A program made the translations under genes and the position numbers. 54,004 bases of DNA from Octopus bimaculoides (taxonomy: Eukaryota): contig NC_068990.1 in NCBI RefSeq assembly GCF_001194135.2, forward strand, positions 68,354,785-68,408,788, written 5' to 3'. Positions 1 to 11,119 of the stretch are shown piece by piece (the first letter of the stretch is position 1; each line of letters starts with the position of its first letter). Below the pieces are notes generated by a model. The model saw only the letters and a list, made by a program, of their open reading frames with translations, was not told the DNA's origin and searched no databases.

Positions 1-177
1 CCTGATCATCGCTTCATTTGTATTGTCCCTATATTGTTAATTTCATTCGATTTTTTAAAAATATATTTCATTTCGTTTTTAAAAGTCACATTTCATGTAA
101 AATCATACCGATTTACTGATCCCATCAGTTGTTCTGTCCATTTCTATGTTTAGCCCCCGGTGGGCAATAAAGAAATT

Positions 178-639
178 GGTATTTCGTCTGTCTTTTCTTT
201 CTGAGTTCAAATTCCGCCGAGGTCAACTTTGCTTTTCATTCTTTCAGAATCGATAAGTTACATACTAGTTACGTACTGAGGTCAATTTAATCGATTGTCC
301 CCCTCCACCCAAATTTCGGGCCTAGTGTCTAGAGTAAAAAAGAATTAGGCGGCGAGCTAATAGAGTCGTTACCGCGCTGGGCAAAATACTTAGCAGTATT
401 TCTTCTGACTCTTTGTATTCCGAGTTCAAATACTGCCGAGGTCTACTTACGCGTTTATCTTTTCGGAGACGATAAAATAAGTACCAGTTGAACACTAAGG
501 TCGATCTAATTGACTTGCTCCTATCATCAAATTACTGGCCTTTTGCCTGCCAAGAGAAGAATTATTACTAGGGTCGATATAATCGACTTATCCCTTCCTA
601 AAAATTGCTGGCGTTGTATCAAAATTTGAAAGCAATATT
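178..639 (+). mobile_element. Tandem cluster of tRNA-derived SINE family A: 5'-truncated copy (178-345), full copy (348-566), 3' fragment (567-639)
   Basis: Head GGCGGCGAGCT at 348, B-box GAGTTCAAAT(T/A)C, core GATAAAATAAGTACCAGTTG..GGTCGAT.TAAT(C/T)GAC, ATT-type tails. The same consensus recurs many times in the window. Confidence 0.85.
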
Positions 640-977
640 CTGTCATTTAGGCCCATTCCTGTCCAATCAGTACTTCATCTGGATCGTCCTCACGCACTTA
701 ATGTAGGCCTTCTATAGTATTTCTGTTAATGCCATGGATTTTAGTTACCATCGTCGCGATGATTAATTCAAATATTAAGATATATTTTCCTTAAACACAC
801 ACTGTAGTATGTAAAGCTTCCCAGGAAAAAAAAAACAACATTTTTCTGTCCTCTTTCTATATGACTGAAAACAGTTACGAAGGAAGCCACCTTAAGGGCA
901 AAAAATTTAAAGAAAATATTAAAGCATTTGTTTGAACTGTCCTCTATGCTAACGTGTTTAATGTTAAAGGCGCCATA

Positions 978-1121
978 TTATATGTATGTAAGCAGGTAAA
1001 TATGTGTGTGAATTAGTTTTTGTATACACACATAGTTAAACACACGAATACACACTTGGGTGTATGAGAATGTAAGTGATTGCAAGACTATATTGGTACA
1101 TATAGACAGTGTCTGTATACA

Positions 1122-1198
<77 letters not shown>

Positions 1199-1291
1199 AC
1201 ACGACAAACATATGCATACAGAAGTACATACCTACACGCAAACAGTATATATACATACGGATGTGTATGTACAATTGTGTATAAATGTGTA

Positions 1292-1341
<50 letters not shown>

Positions 1342-1400
1342 TGCATAAGTATTGTTTGCACGTATATATGTACAGGTGTGTGTGCGTGTGTGTGTTTCTG
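978..1400. repeat. Compound microsatellite region, (AT)n about 1125-1195 and (TG)n about 1294-1340
   Basis: Directly visible. Source of the YIYI/HTHT/VCVC ORFs. Confidence 0.95.
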
Positions 1401-1561
1401 TGTAGTCTAGTGTAAACATTAATTGAAGACATTTCAATTATTACCAAATAAAAATGAAAATAAAATACAAAAAAATAACTGCTCTCCACAGAAAATAAAT
1501 ATTTAAACGAATTAAACACAGCACATACATAGTGATAGGTAACGGTTATGTCAATATTTTA

Positions 1562-2084
1562 TGTATACATTCAAGACTTCCTGAAGTCAATAGGTTGACC
1601 TTCGACTGTTGGAACACATCGTTATTATAACAGCATATCTCACTATTATATAACTCAAAACAGGCAGCGAGCTGGCAGAATCGTTAGTACGCTGGACAAA
1701 ATGCTTACCGGCATTTATTCCAGTTCTTTACCTTCTAAGTTCAAATTCCACCGAGGTCGACTTTGCCTTTCATTCTTTCAGAAGTTGATAAAACAAGTAC
1801 CTGTTGATCCCTGGAGTCGATGGAATTGACTCAATCCTTCCTTCAAAATTGCTGACGTTGTGCCAAAATTTGAAACTAATATGTTATGTATGCATTCAAA
1901 TCTTCTTGAAGTCAACAACTTGACCTTCGACTGTGAAAACATCGTTATTATGACAGCATATCTCATTATTATATAACTAAAAAGTGGCAAGTAAGCTGGC
2001 AGAATTGTTAGCTCGCCAGATGAAATGTTTCGTGACATTTCTTCAAGCTCTTTACGTTCAGAGTTCTAATTCCACTGAGGTTCG
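1562..2084 (+). repeat. ~325-bp tandem duplication (unique flank plus SINE A); second copy truncated at 2084
   Basis: CATTCAA..CTT..TGAAGTCAA...TTGACCTTCGACTGT..AACA(C)ATCGTTATTAT.ACAGCATATCTCA.TATTATATAACT occurs near 1567 and 1894, each followed by a SINE A head. Confidence 0.9.
1663..1882 (+). mobile_element. SINE family A, full length
   Basis: GGCAGCGAGCTGGCAGAATCGTTAG (A-box region), AAGTTCAAATTCC (B-box), core, and TGCCAAAATTTGAAAC 3' end. Confidence 0.9.
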
Positions 2085-3287
2085 TTAAATTAGTTTGACT
2101 TTATATATCATTTTAAATCCTGTTTTTCGCTCTATCTAATCGTGTTACTCTTTTTCCTTTTGAATAATTAGGCCATGGACAAAAAGCAAATTCACGCAAT
2201 TTTCTTATTCCAGTTCAAGCTAGGCCGAAAAGCTGCTGAAACAGCTCGCGATATCAACGATGCGTTTGGCTCAGGAAACACTAATAAACGTACAGCCCAA
2301 TGGTGGTTCAAAAAATTTCGTAACGGTGACGAGAGTCTTGAAGAGGATAAGCGTAGTGGTCGACCATCGGATGTTGACAACGATCAACTAAGAGCCTTAG
2401 TCGAAGCCAATCCACGTACAACTGTTCGAGAGCTTGCTTCTGCATTAGACAACGTATACGACAATTTCCAACCACTTGAAAGAGAATGGAAAAACAAAAT
2501 TACTTAAGAAATGGGTACCGCATGAATTGAACGACAACCAAAGAAAAATCAAAACAAAAAAAAAAACGCTGTTTTGAAGTGTCGTTTTCCCTTCTTTTAC
2601 GCAACAAAAACGACCCGTTTCTCGACCGGATTGTGACTTGCGATGAAAAATGGATTCTTTACGACAACCGGCGACATTCAGCTCAGTGGTTGGACGCCGA
2701 CGAAGCTGCATGGCACTTCCCGAAGCAAAAGCTGCACCAAAAGAAGGTCATGGTGACTGTTTGGTAGTCTGCAGCCGGTCTCATCCATCACAGCTTTTTG
2801 GATCCAGGCGAAACCATTACGGTGGAGAAGTGCTGTCAGCAAATGGATGAAATGCATAAGAAACTCCAACAACAATAGCCAGCATTGGTTAATAGAAAAG
2901 GACCAATTCTTCTCCACGACAACGCTCGGCCGCACGTCGCACAGCTGAACCTGCAGAAGTTGAACGAATTGGGCTACGAAACTCTGCCTCATCCGTCATA
3001 TTCACCAGACCTCTCGCCTACCAACTACCACTTTTTCAAGCATCTCCACAACTTCCTGCGTGAGAAATGCTTCAAAAACCAAGACGATGCCAAACATGCC
3101 TTCAACGACTTCATCGCCATCAGAACGCAGGATTTTTACGCTACTGGCATATACTCTTGTTTCGCGTTGGCAAAATATGTGTTGATTCTGATGATGTTTA
3201 TTTCGATTAATAAAGTTCTGTTTGAGCCGAGATATGTACATCTGAATTTAAAGGTTAAAAACCGCAAGAACTTTCTTGACAACCTAA
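2085..3287 (+). mobile_element. Mariner DNA transposon, Hsmar1/cecropia-like; 5' TIR missing, 3' TIR present (about 3257-3287)
   Basis: The right end reverse-complements to TTAGGTTGTCAAGAAAGTTCTTGCGGTTTT, which resembles the Hsmar1 TIR as I recall it. It contains a transposase pseudogene. Confidence 0.92.
2175..3210 (+). pseudogene. Mariner transposase pseudogene (frameshifts and stops)
   Basis: MDKKQIHAIFLFQFKLGRKAAETARDIN HTH region, RSGRP, WVPHEL, TCDEKW, HDNARPH, YSPDLSPTNYHFF. Split over ORFs 2175-2507, 2579-2767 and 2885 onward. Confidence 0.95.
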
Positions 3288-3586
3288 TGAAAAGGAAGTT
3301 TCCAGCTAAGAGTTTCTTACCATGTTTTTTAACTCCATTAGCGAACAAGGCTGATCTATTTATTGTAGTTATAATTTTTGCGAGAAAGTGTAAATTTTTT
3401 AATCTGTGAATCAGGAAGTAGGGAAGTGCTACTGATCTTTCAAGGGACCTCCGAGAACCATGAGAGGAATGAAATTATCCTCAAACTGGAGAGCTGGTAT
3501 GGATGCTTCCATCAAAGTCAGTTCGGCTAAAGGCGCCTACGGTGTCAATTAGTCATGTTAATTCGGACAGCAGAGCAAGCAGGCAA

Positions 3587-3657
3587 TGGTAGGATTTGAA
3601 CTCAGAACACAAAGAGCCGGAACAAAAACCGCAAGGTCGATATTCTTACAGTTCTGC
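3587..3657 (-). mobile_element. SINE A 5' fragment
   Basis: ATTTGAACTCAGAAC..AAAGAGCCGGAACAAA..CCGCAAGG is the reverse complement of the SINE head. Confidence 0.65.
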
Positions 3658-4329
3658 ATTGAAAATGAATCATATCTAATGCTTTGAATAATGAAGAGTA
3701 AGATATAATTTATTATTCTATTTAGATACCACATCAATTAATTCTAGTTTCCTGAGAGCATAAATATTCGATCCATGGTTTGTTTTTTCCTACAACTTGA
3801 TTGCTGTCATAAAAATGACATGAAGCAATTGAATTGTGGTACCACTTGTTAACAGGAACAGAACAGATAAATAAAATCAGCAGAATGAAGTATTTAAAAA
3901 AAAAATATAACTTGTTTTTCATGATTTCTTGATAAACGTAAAAAAAATATTTCTCACTTTTTCTTACGGACGATTAATTGAATTTTATACGACTGTCTTC
4001 AGAATTTATCACTGAAATTCATCTGCACAGCTCAAATATAGACATCTGGTAAATATTATATACAATTGGTAAAACTCACTCTTGCATGTCTTTGGTGAAG
4101 CATTGCAAGTTTGTGACATCCATATTTTGTTGGTGTTGCTTAGTCCCCACGTCAGCTATGATCAAGGAGACGCCTATGATCAAAAGCATTTCAACCATCA
4201 CTAATCCACGCTCTTTTTTTTTTGTTCAGAAGTAATTATTTCTAGGACTGCATTATGCAATGTATCCTCTGTGTTTATTATCTTTTTTTTATTCTTATAA
4301 TTTTTTCCCAATATGTTTGAATGTGATTT

Positions 4330-4331
<2 letters not shown>

Positions 4332-4405
<74 letters not shown>
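4332..4405. repeat. (GA)n microsatellite
   Basis: Directly visible. Confidence 0.95.
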
Positions 4406-4409
<4 letters not shown>

Positions 4410-5364
4410 TGTTTCCATTTCTGGTAGGTCTGGTGATTTTACGACAATTTTACAATATTTATTATTATTATTATTTGTTTAGTTTTGACACCTGATGCAG
4501 TAACTTAGTGTTGTTGGATGAATGAACATTTCAGAATCATCAAAATAACTCATGTTTAAGTAGCGCTTAAAACAACATCGTTTCAGAGATGAAAGAAAAA
4601 TAAAACTCCATGCATTTGCTATAGTAATTTTTGTTTTTTTTTACAACTATCACTTAAAACATTCACACAACTGTGTTAGAAATATCGATGTTCACTCAAC
4701 TGACCGCCAGATAATTATCAACAACAAACAGCTCTAGACAATTATGAGACAGAATATTGCAATAACGCATTTACCGAAACAAGCCGTAATTTCACAAAAT
4801 TTCACCTCTTTAGAAATATTCTATAAAGCAGAGGTTTAAACAGATGGCTTCTATTCGTCTGAGATGACTGGGTTCGTACCTCAACCAGTTAGGCATCTTG
4901 CCTCATTCAACTCCTTGTCCCTCTCTTAATTTCTGGCCACTCATGTTACGTCCATTCCGAGACCCCGCTCGGAGTCATATTCTGCGTATCTGTCCTCCCT
5001 CCACCTTAGAATACTGACCTTTTGAGTCTTCTTCCAGTACATCTTTTCTTCTGGTACATTAATAACTAACTCACTGGTATTGAAAAGCCGGCAAAAAGTC
5101 ATGGGCATTGCTCCTTGCCCCACACTCAACGAGTGTATATTTAGTGGATTCTACCTTCGGTTTCGTTGTACGACAGTCCCACACCCAATATTATAGCAAC
5201 CAGACGACCAACATAGATGAGCTGTGGTAAAGGTTTGTATTTGACAGGTAGCACTTTTTGGAAATGCTGGTAGCAGAAAGTTGGTGCAAATGTTTGCCAT
5301 ACGCTCAATGAATAATACACCTCAGGCTTTCCTATTACAGTTCTCAGTCTCTTGGGTTAGTTGC

Positions 5365-6190
5365 CTTCACCACAAACTCAAATACAAACAACCTTGGTAG
5401 GTTAACAATTAAACAAATGGTTAACCACATTAGCAGGTCAGTCTCCAATTTATTCGCCGACAAAAATACTTTTAAAAAAGCCGCCCCAAATTATTATGCT
5501 GCATTAGAAAGGTTCAACTTTAAGAATAGCATATACTACACTGTAGACAAAGAAGACGCAAACAGAGGAACATCTTATGGCTAACCTACCTTATAACATA
5601 AATGTAGCTACTAACATAGCTAGGAAATACTTAAAACTAATAGACAACCACTTTCTACATTCACACAAATATTAAGATCTTCAACAGAAATATTGTTAAA
5701 GTTAGCTATAGTTGCCTTCCCAATATGGTGTCGATAATACTCAATCACAATAGATATAAACACATCAGAAACACCCCCGAAAGACAATGCAACTGTAGAT
5801 CCCCAAACCGCTGCCCTCTAAACTAACTGTCTCGAGAACGAACTCGTATACAAGCTCAAGATCACGAACCCCAAATGAATAATAAAGACGTATATCGGAA
5901 TGACGGACAACTCGTTCAAGGAAAGGTATATACATCTGGCATCCTTCACAGACAAAAATTTTTTAAAAAACGTGCAACATCTCTGTGATATATGATATGG
6001 ACATTGAAAGAAGGTGGAATAAGCAACGCCCAGATATAATGGAAAATTATTGCAAAAGCCAAGACATACAGAGGATGGGGTAGGTACCAAATGTGAACTA
6101 TGTATTACTGAAAAATTGAACATTATACAATCAACAGATAACATCCTAAACATTAGTGATGGATATTTTCTTAATTTTCTTAACAAGAAA
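5365..6190 (+). pseudogene. Penelope-like retroelement remnant: RT thumb, Cys-rich linker and C-terminal GIY-YIG endonuclease
   Basis: Manual translation across frameshifts gives AAPNYYAAL, RNILW/NLPYNINVATNIARKYLKLIDNHF, KIFNRNIVKVSYSCLPN, CNCRSPNRCPL (5788-5820), LVYK (about 5846), TYIGMTDNSFKERY (YIG 5891-5899), WKII and KCELCITEKLNII (from about 6089). Confidence 0.9.
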
Positions 6191-6221
6191 CTAATGGTAG
6201 CCTTAATTCACAAATAAAGAA

Positions 6222-6268
<47 letters not shown>

Positions 6269-7056
6269 ATGCATAAAATGAAGGGAAATGGCGGTCGAAT
6301 AAATCCAGACGAATATCTCATTCAGCACTCAATGTGATAAAATCTGGCCAGTGGAATGTTCAGAGAAGAGTATAGTAATCCATATATGTTAAACATAAGG
6401 GTCGATCAATTCAAAGTTTTGTTCAGCAATGGATTAGTTGGTACAGCAATCACGGAGAATAACAGGTCAATAATTCTAAGTCCTGAAAAGAATAGTTGAG
6501 GGTTAACACGTCCATTAATCAATTGATTAGTGAACTTATAGAATTTGCATCTAAGTCGTTGTATAACGAGAAAATAGTTCCTCAAGCCGTTCGAAACGTT
6601 CGTGGCAGTGAATAAAGTTACTCAAAATCAAAATTCTTCATTCTTTGTCTGATTGTTATATATATATAGACGTGTATATCGAAAAATGCAGGTAGCAAAT
6701 CGCGTTTACCGTTTAGTTTACACTTGTTTCGTAGATTTCTATAATAACAAATCTTGCATCACGTCGTTACGATGTCGACAATTATTCATTTCCATAGTCT
6801 GTGCATTTTCTTCTGCACACCACATAATGGACTAAACTCTTCAGTACTCCACCAAAAATCAATATACTAACTGATTTTGCAATTTCACTTCTCCTGGATT
6901 ATACATCTTATTTCATTTAGTCTATCTGTGTGTGCGCGTGTGTGTATACTGCATCTATCAGACTGCTGAAAATAAATATATACGTATATATATATACAGT
7001 AGTAGTTTAATCGTTAATATCCTCGGTATTATTGTCAATATATTAATTTTTACGAT

Positions 7057-7240
7057 AGTGGCACACCGCCAATAATTTCGGGGGACGGGGTAAGTCGATT
7101 ACATTAACTCCAAAGTTCTCATTTTATCGACCACGAAAGGATAAATCATTGTCAGCGGAATTTGAACTTAAAATATAAATACGTATGAAATGCTGCTAAT
7201 CACTTTATCCGGTGTGCTAACGATTCTATCAGCTCGCCTC
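7057..7240 (-). mobile_element. SINE A, near full length with internal deletions
   Basis: GTAAGTCGATTACAT...TTTTATCGAC..GAAAGGAT...GGAATTTGAACT...GTGCTAACGATTCT..CAGCTCGCC. Confidence 0.85.
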
Positions 7241-7829
7241 CTTGAACCATCGGGAAAATATCAAATGTAAAGTTATGATGAAAACGATTGGCTAGTTTCC
7301 CCTGAATGGTGTATCTGGTTGGTTGTCCTTCATATAAACCGTCAATGGTTCAGAAATCAGTGAAAAAAATTGTAAAGATTGACTACATTTTCTAGTATTC
7401 AACCATACATATCTGCTAAAAACCAGTAGTTTATTGTGCCGAATACAGACAGATGCCCTTTCTTCCATCCAGTAATCATTTCATTCATTAAATTCTTCAT
7501 ATTGTCAACTGTAGAACTAGAAAGTTCTAGAAAGCTCATTTCATACAGTAGAAAATATATTTTTACTTTATCTTCATTTTTTTTATTACATTTATTGAGA
7601 CTATGAGGAATATCTGATGTCATATTTTTTCTATGTTAGACTAGACATTATCATCATCATCACCATCACTCCCTCCCCTTATCATCATCATCATCATCAT
7701 CATCATCCGTTGCTTTTTATATGTATTATCAATTCTAAATATTGGTTAAGTAAAAGACTTGGTGAACGTTAGCTTGGAGTGGTGGAAGAATAAACAACAA
7801 CAAAAAATTGTTCCTACATAAAGAATGCA

Positions 7830-8390
7830 TCATATATAGAAATATGAAGAAAGAAAGAAGAAACGAGAGAATGAAAGAAAAGCGGGAAAGAAAGGAAGTC
7901 TGGAAGAAAAGATATAGGCAAATAACGAAATACTTGATTTAATATTTAAGCAAGTCAAAACTAAGTGAACAAATAAGGTTAAGACGACGACATTGTAAGG
8001 AATAAGGAAAAATACAGACGAGAACTAAAATACGACAGAAGATTATGAATGACGGGAGTAAGAGAGAGAAAGAAAGAGAGGGTGATTGAAAGAAAACAGG
8101 AATAGAAAAAAAAAAGAAATATAACAGAGTGTAGTTACAGAAATGAAAGAGAAAAAATAGAAATGGACAGAAGAATAAATGCTGAAAAAATTTAGTAAAA
8201 AAATATAAAGAATCAGGTAAGGAATGTGTAAATATACAGGAATAGAAAAGAAGAATGGAAATGGAAGGAAAATAAAGGGAAGGACATGGAGAAAGAATTG
8301 TAGTTAGAAATGCAGAACAGAAAGAAAAGAATAAGACAGGAGAAAGAAGTGAATGATGATTACAAGAATGAAAGTGAAGAGTGGACATTT
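7830..8390 (+). repeat. ~560-bp purine-rich (GA/AAAG) low-complexity tract
   Basis: Strong A/G skew on the + strand with no clear period. Confidence 0.8.
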
Positions 8391-9635
8391 TGGAATAAAC
8401 AGTATTTCTCCCTTCATTCTCTCTGTCTCTGTCTCTCTATTTCCCTCTCTCTCTGTCTCTCTCTGTCTCTCTCACTATCTCCCTCTCTTTCACACGCATA
8501 CACACACATACACACATATGTATGAATACGAATATTATGAATACGCTCCCACGCGTGCGTTTCGTAAACATATATTCAACCATGCTGTGAGATTTGAAAC
8601 GTTCCAAAATAAAGTTTTTCAAAAATCACCCCACCTCACCAATATGTACGCGTACACGCACGCACACACACACATACACACACACGCACACACACACATG
8701 CACACACACACGCACACACACACACACACACACACANNNNNNNNNNNNNNNNNNNNNNNNNNNNNNNNNNNNNNNNNNNNNNNNNNNNNNNNNNNNNNNN
8801 NNNNNNNNNNNNNNNNNNNNNNNNNNNNNNNNNNNNNNNNNNNNATATATATATATTATAAGGTTTTTAACATTTAAATTTTCCTCTCGAAAATTATTAT
8901 ATATATATATATATATATATACATACCCAAATTCGGCAAAGAACCACACACAAATATATCCCTCTGTCTCTGTGTTTGCGAGTGTATACATATTGCTACG
9001 TGTGTATATGTCAAAGAAGTACGCAATTAAAATACCAAAAACAGAAAAATATTATGAGTTGCAAAACCCTCTAAGAAAATATTAACTATTTGAAAACAGG
9101 GTGAAAAAAAAATACAAACATAACATATAAACTATTTCTGTGCAGTTTAGAACTCTGCAATATGTCGATATTATTTCGACAACTAAAAGATTGTTGGTGA
9201 AAATTTAAGATAATTTCAAATTTATAATATATTGCATGTATGTCTCTAGCATATACGCTCCTTCTTTCGCAATCGTTACGTTCTCCTTTTCCCTCATAAA
9301 TGCGCGTATGTATACATATGTGTATGCACACAGTCACCAACACATTCTCGCACGCATCTATATTAATTCGATAATTAATAAGTGCTCTAAATTTATCAAT
9401 TTAGAAACACAAATACATTGATTGAAAAATTGACGTAATTACTATAGTGGAGTTGTGTTGTTTATTGAATAATGGCGACAGCTTTTACTTAGAAGTTTCG
9501 CTGTGATTAACTCCATGTATAGCGAAAATTTAGCGAAACAGTGAATAAAGATGGATTAAATCAATAAACAGTGATGTATTGGAAGAGGGGTTAGAGAGTC
9601 AGACAAAATATTTTGTGATATTTGTTATGACTCTC

Positions 9636-10035
9636 CGGACCATCATTACAGTCTCACTCGTTCGTTGGTGAATCATCGTTATGGGGACTCAATCGTTCAT
9701 CAGATGAGTCTTCATTATATAGTCTGCATTATATAGTCTGTCATTTGTCAGTAGTGCATTCTGTGTAGAGGCTCACTTATTTAGTCGAGCTGTTGTCGGA
9801 GAAACTCACTTGATCACGAGTTGAGCCATCGCTTGAAAGTATTACTTATTCAATAGTAAGGCCATTATAAAGATTAATTCGTTGGTTGAGCCATCATTAT
9901 AGAGAATCGCTCCATATTTGAGTAATCGTTATAAAGAGCTCACTCGCTCGTTAGCTGAGACATCGTTATAATGGCGTATTTCATTAGTTGATCTATCACA
10001 ATAGGGACTCACTAGTTCAACGACGATTCCATAGT
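9636..10035 (+). repeat. Degenerate ~33-37-bp minisatellite, about 11-12 units
   Basis: Recurring GAG(C/T)CATC(G/A)TTAT...GACTCACT.GTTC..T.G.T, e.g. at about 9638, 9670, 9823, 9888, 9920 and 9956. Confidence 0.7.
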
Positions 10036-10372
10036 CTCTTTTTCCATAATTTCTATATCATTTTCTGTGATAAATCAACTTTCACTATTCAAATATATAC
10101 ATTTATTCATTTATAATTTCAAAAAAGACATGTCAGCATCTAAGTTATGAATAGATCTATTCTTCGTGACAATGGAAGTGCGGTTAGTCTTTTTTATCTC
10201 CTTCTACCTATAAATATGCATATCGCTAGAGTCAATGCCATGTTCAACTTTTCTTTACATGGAATATTTACTTCAGACGGGGTATTTCTTGACATTATCA
10301 TTGTCAGATACATCCTGATTTCCTGGTCATTACCATTGTGACTAGTAGCAGCCTACACGTTTATCATTTTAT

Positions 10373-10435
<63 letters not shown>

Positions 10436-10529
10436 ACTACACCCGATATACTTTTTTTCATTATTAGTTATCTTCAACTGTTGTAATATGCTACTTTTTC
10501 TCCTATTTTCTTTTCGTTGGCTTACATCT

Positions 10530-10698
10530 TAAGAACATTGGACAAAATACCTTACAGTATTTCTTCCGACTATTCAAGTTCAAACTCTGCCCTTCATCTC
10601 TCCGTGGTGAGAAAAGATAGTACCCACCAAAAACTCGAGTCGATATATTCGATATAGCCACACCCTCAAAATTGTTGTCATTGTGCCTAAATCAGAAA
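10530..10698 (+). mobile_element. Degenerate SINE A
   Basis: GGACAAAATACCTTACAGTATTTC..AAGTTCAAAC..GAGTCGATATATTCGA..AAAATTG..TTGTGCCTAAA. Confidence 0.7.
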
Positions 10699-11119
10699 TA
10701 GGCACAAGGTCTGAAATTTTAGAAAAGTGGGGAACTAGTCGATTACATTGACCTCAGCGCTCAACTGGTACGTATTTTATCGACCCTGAAAAGATGAAAG
10801 ATAAAGTTCTTGTACGGAATTAGTAATAACGGTACACCCCCCTCTCACATAACGAATGGAATAACCAAGTCACTATAGGTAAAGAGAGTACATAGCAGGC
10901 GGTAAGAGACAGTCGTGTCCTTATTGGTTTTACTAAGTATGCTGTATACCGAAGTGGGCGTTGTAACAATCAAACATTTGTAAGGATTATAACAGTGGCG
11001 ACGAGGATTTAAACAACTCACGGGGAAGTAAAAAACTCGACTAGGATTTTAACGACTCACGAGGTGTTAACAAGCTCTCAACATTTTGGTTGTGCGAATT
11101 TTACGAAAAAATTCGTAAA

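Noticed and set aside
1-177. Possible 3' end of another repeat (..TTTAGCCCCCGGTGGGCAATAAAGAAAT)
   Set aside because: Cut by the window edge and single-copy here, so it cannot be supported from this sequence.
4860-5130. Minus-strand peptide MYWKKTQKVSILRWREDR.. as an RTE C-terminal remnant
   Set aside because: No diagnostic GRP or RWxGH motif; the similarity is too weak.
6565-6610. CCTCAAGCCGTTCGAAACGTTCG as a hammerhead downstream of the Penelope remnant
   Set aside because: No CUGANGA core and no convincing stem II.
7410-7530. Minus-strand exon-like peptide VDNMKNLMNEMITGWKKGHLSVFGTINYWFLAD
   Set aside because: Mediocre splice signals and no recognised homology; compatible with chance.
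9636-10035. Possible CRISPR-like repeat-spacer array
   Set aside because: Variation runs throughout the units with no invariant repeat plus unique spacer. The context is eukaryotic and has no cas genes.
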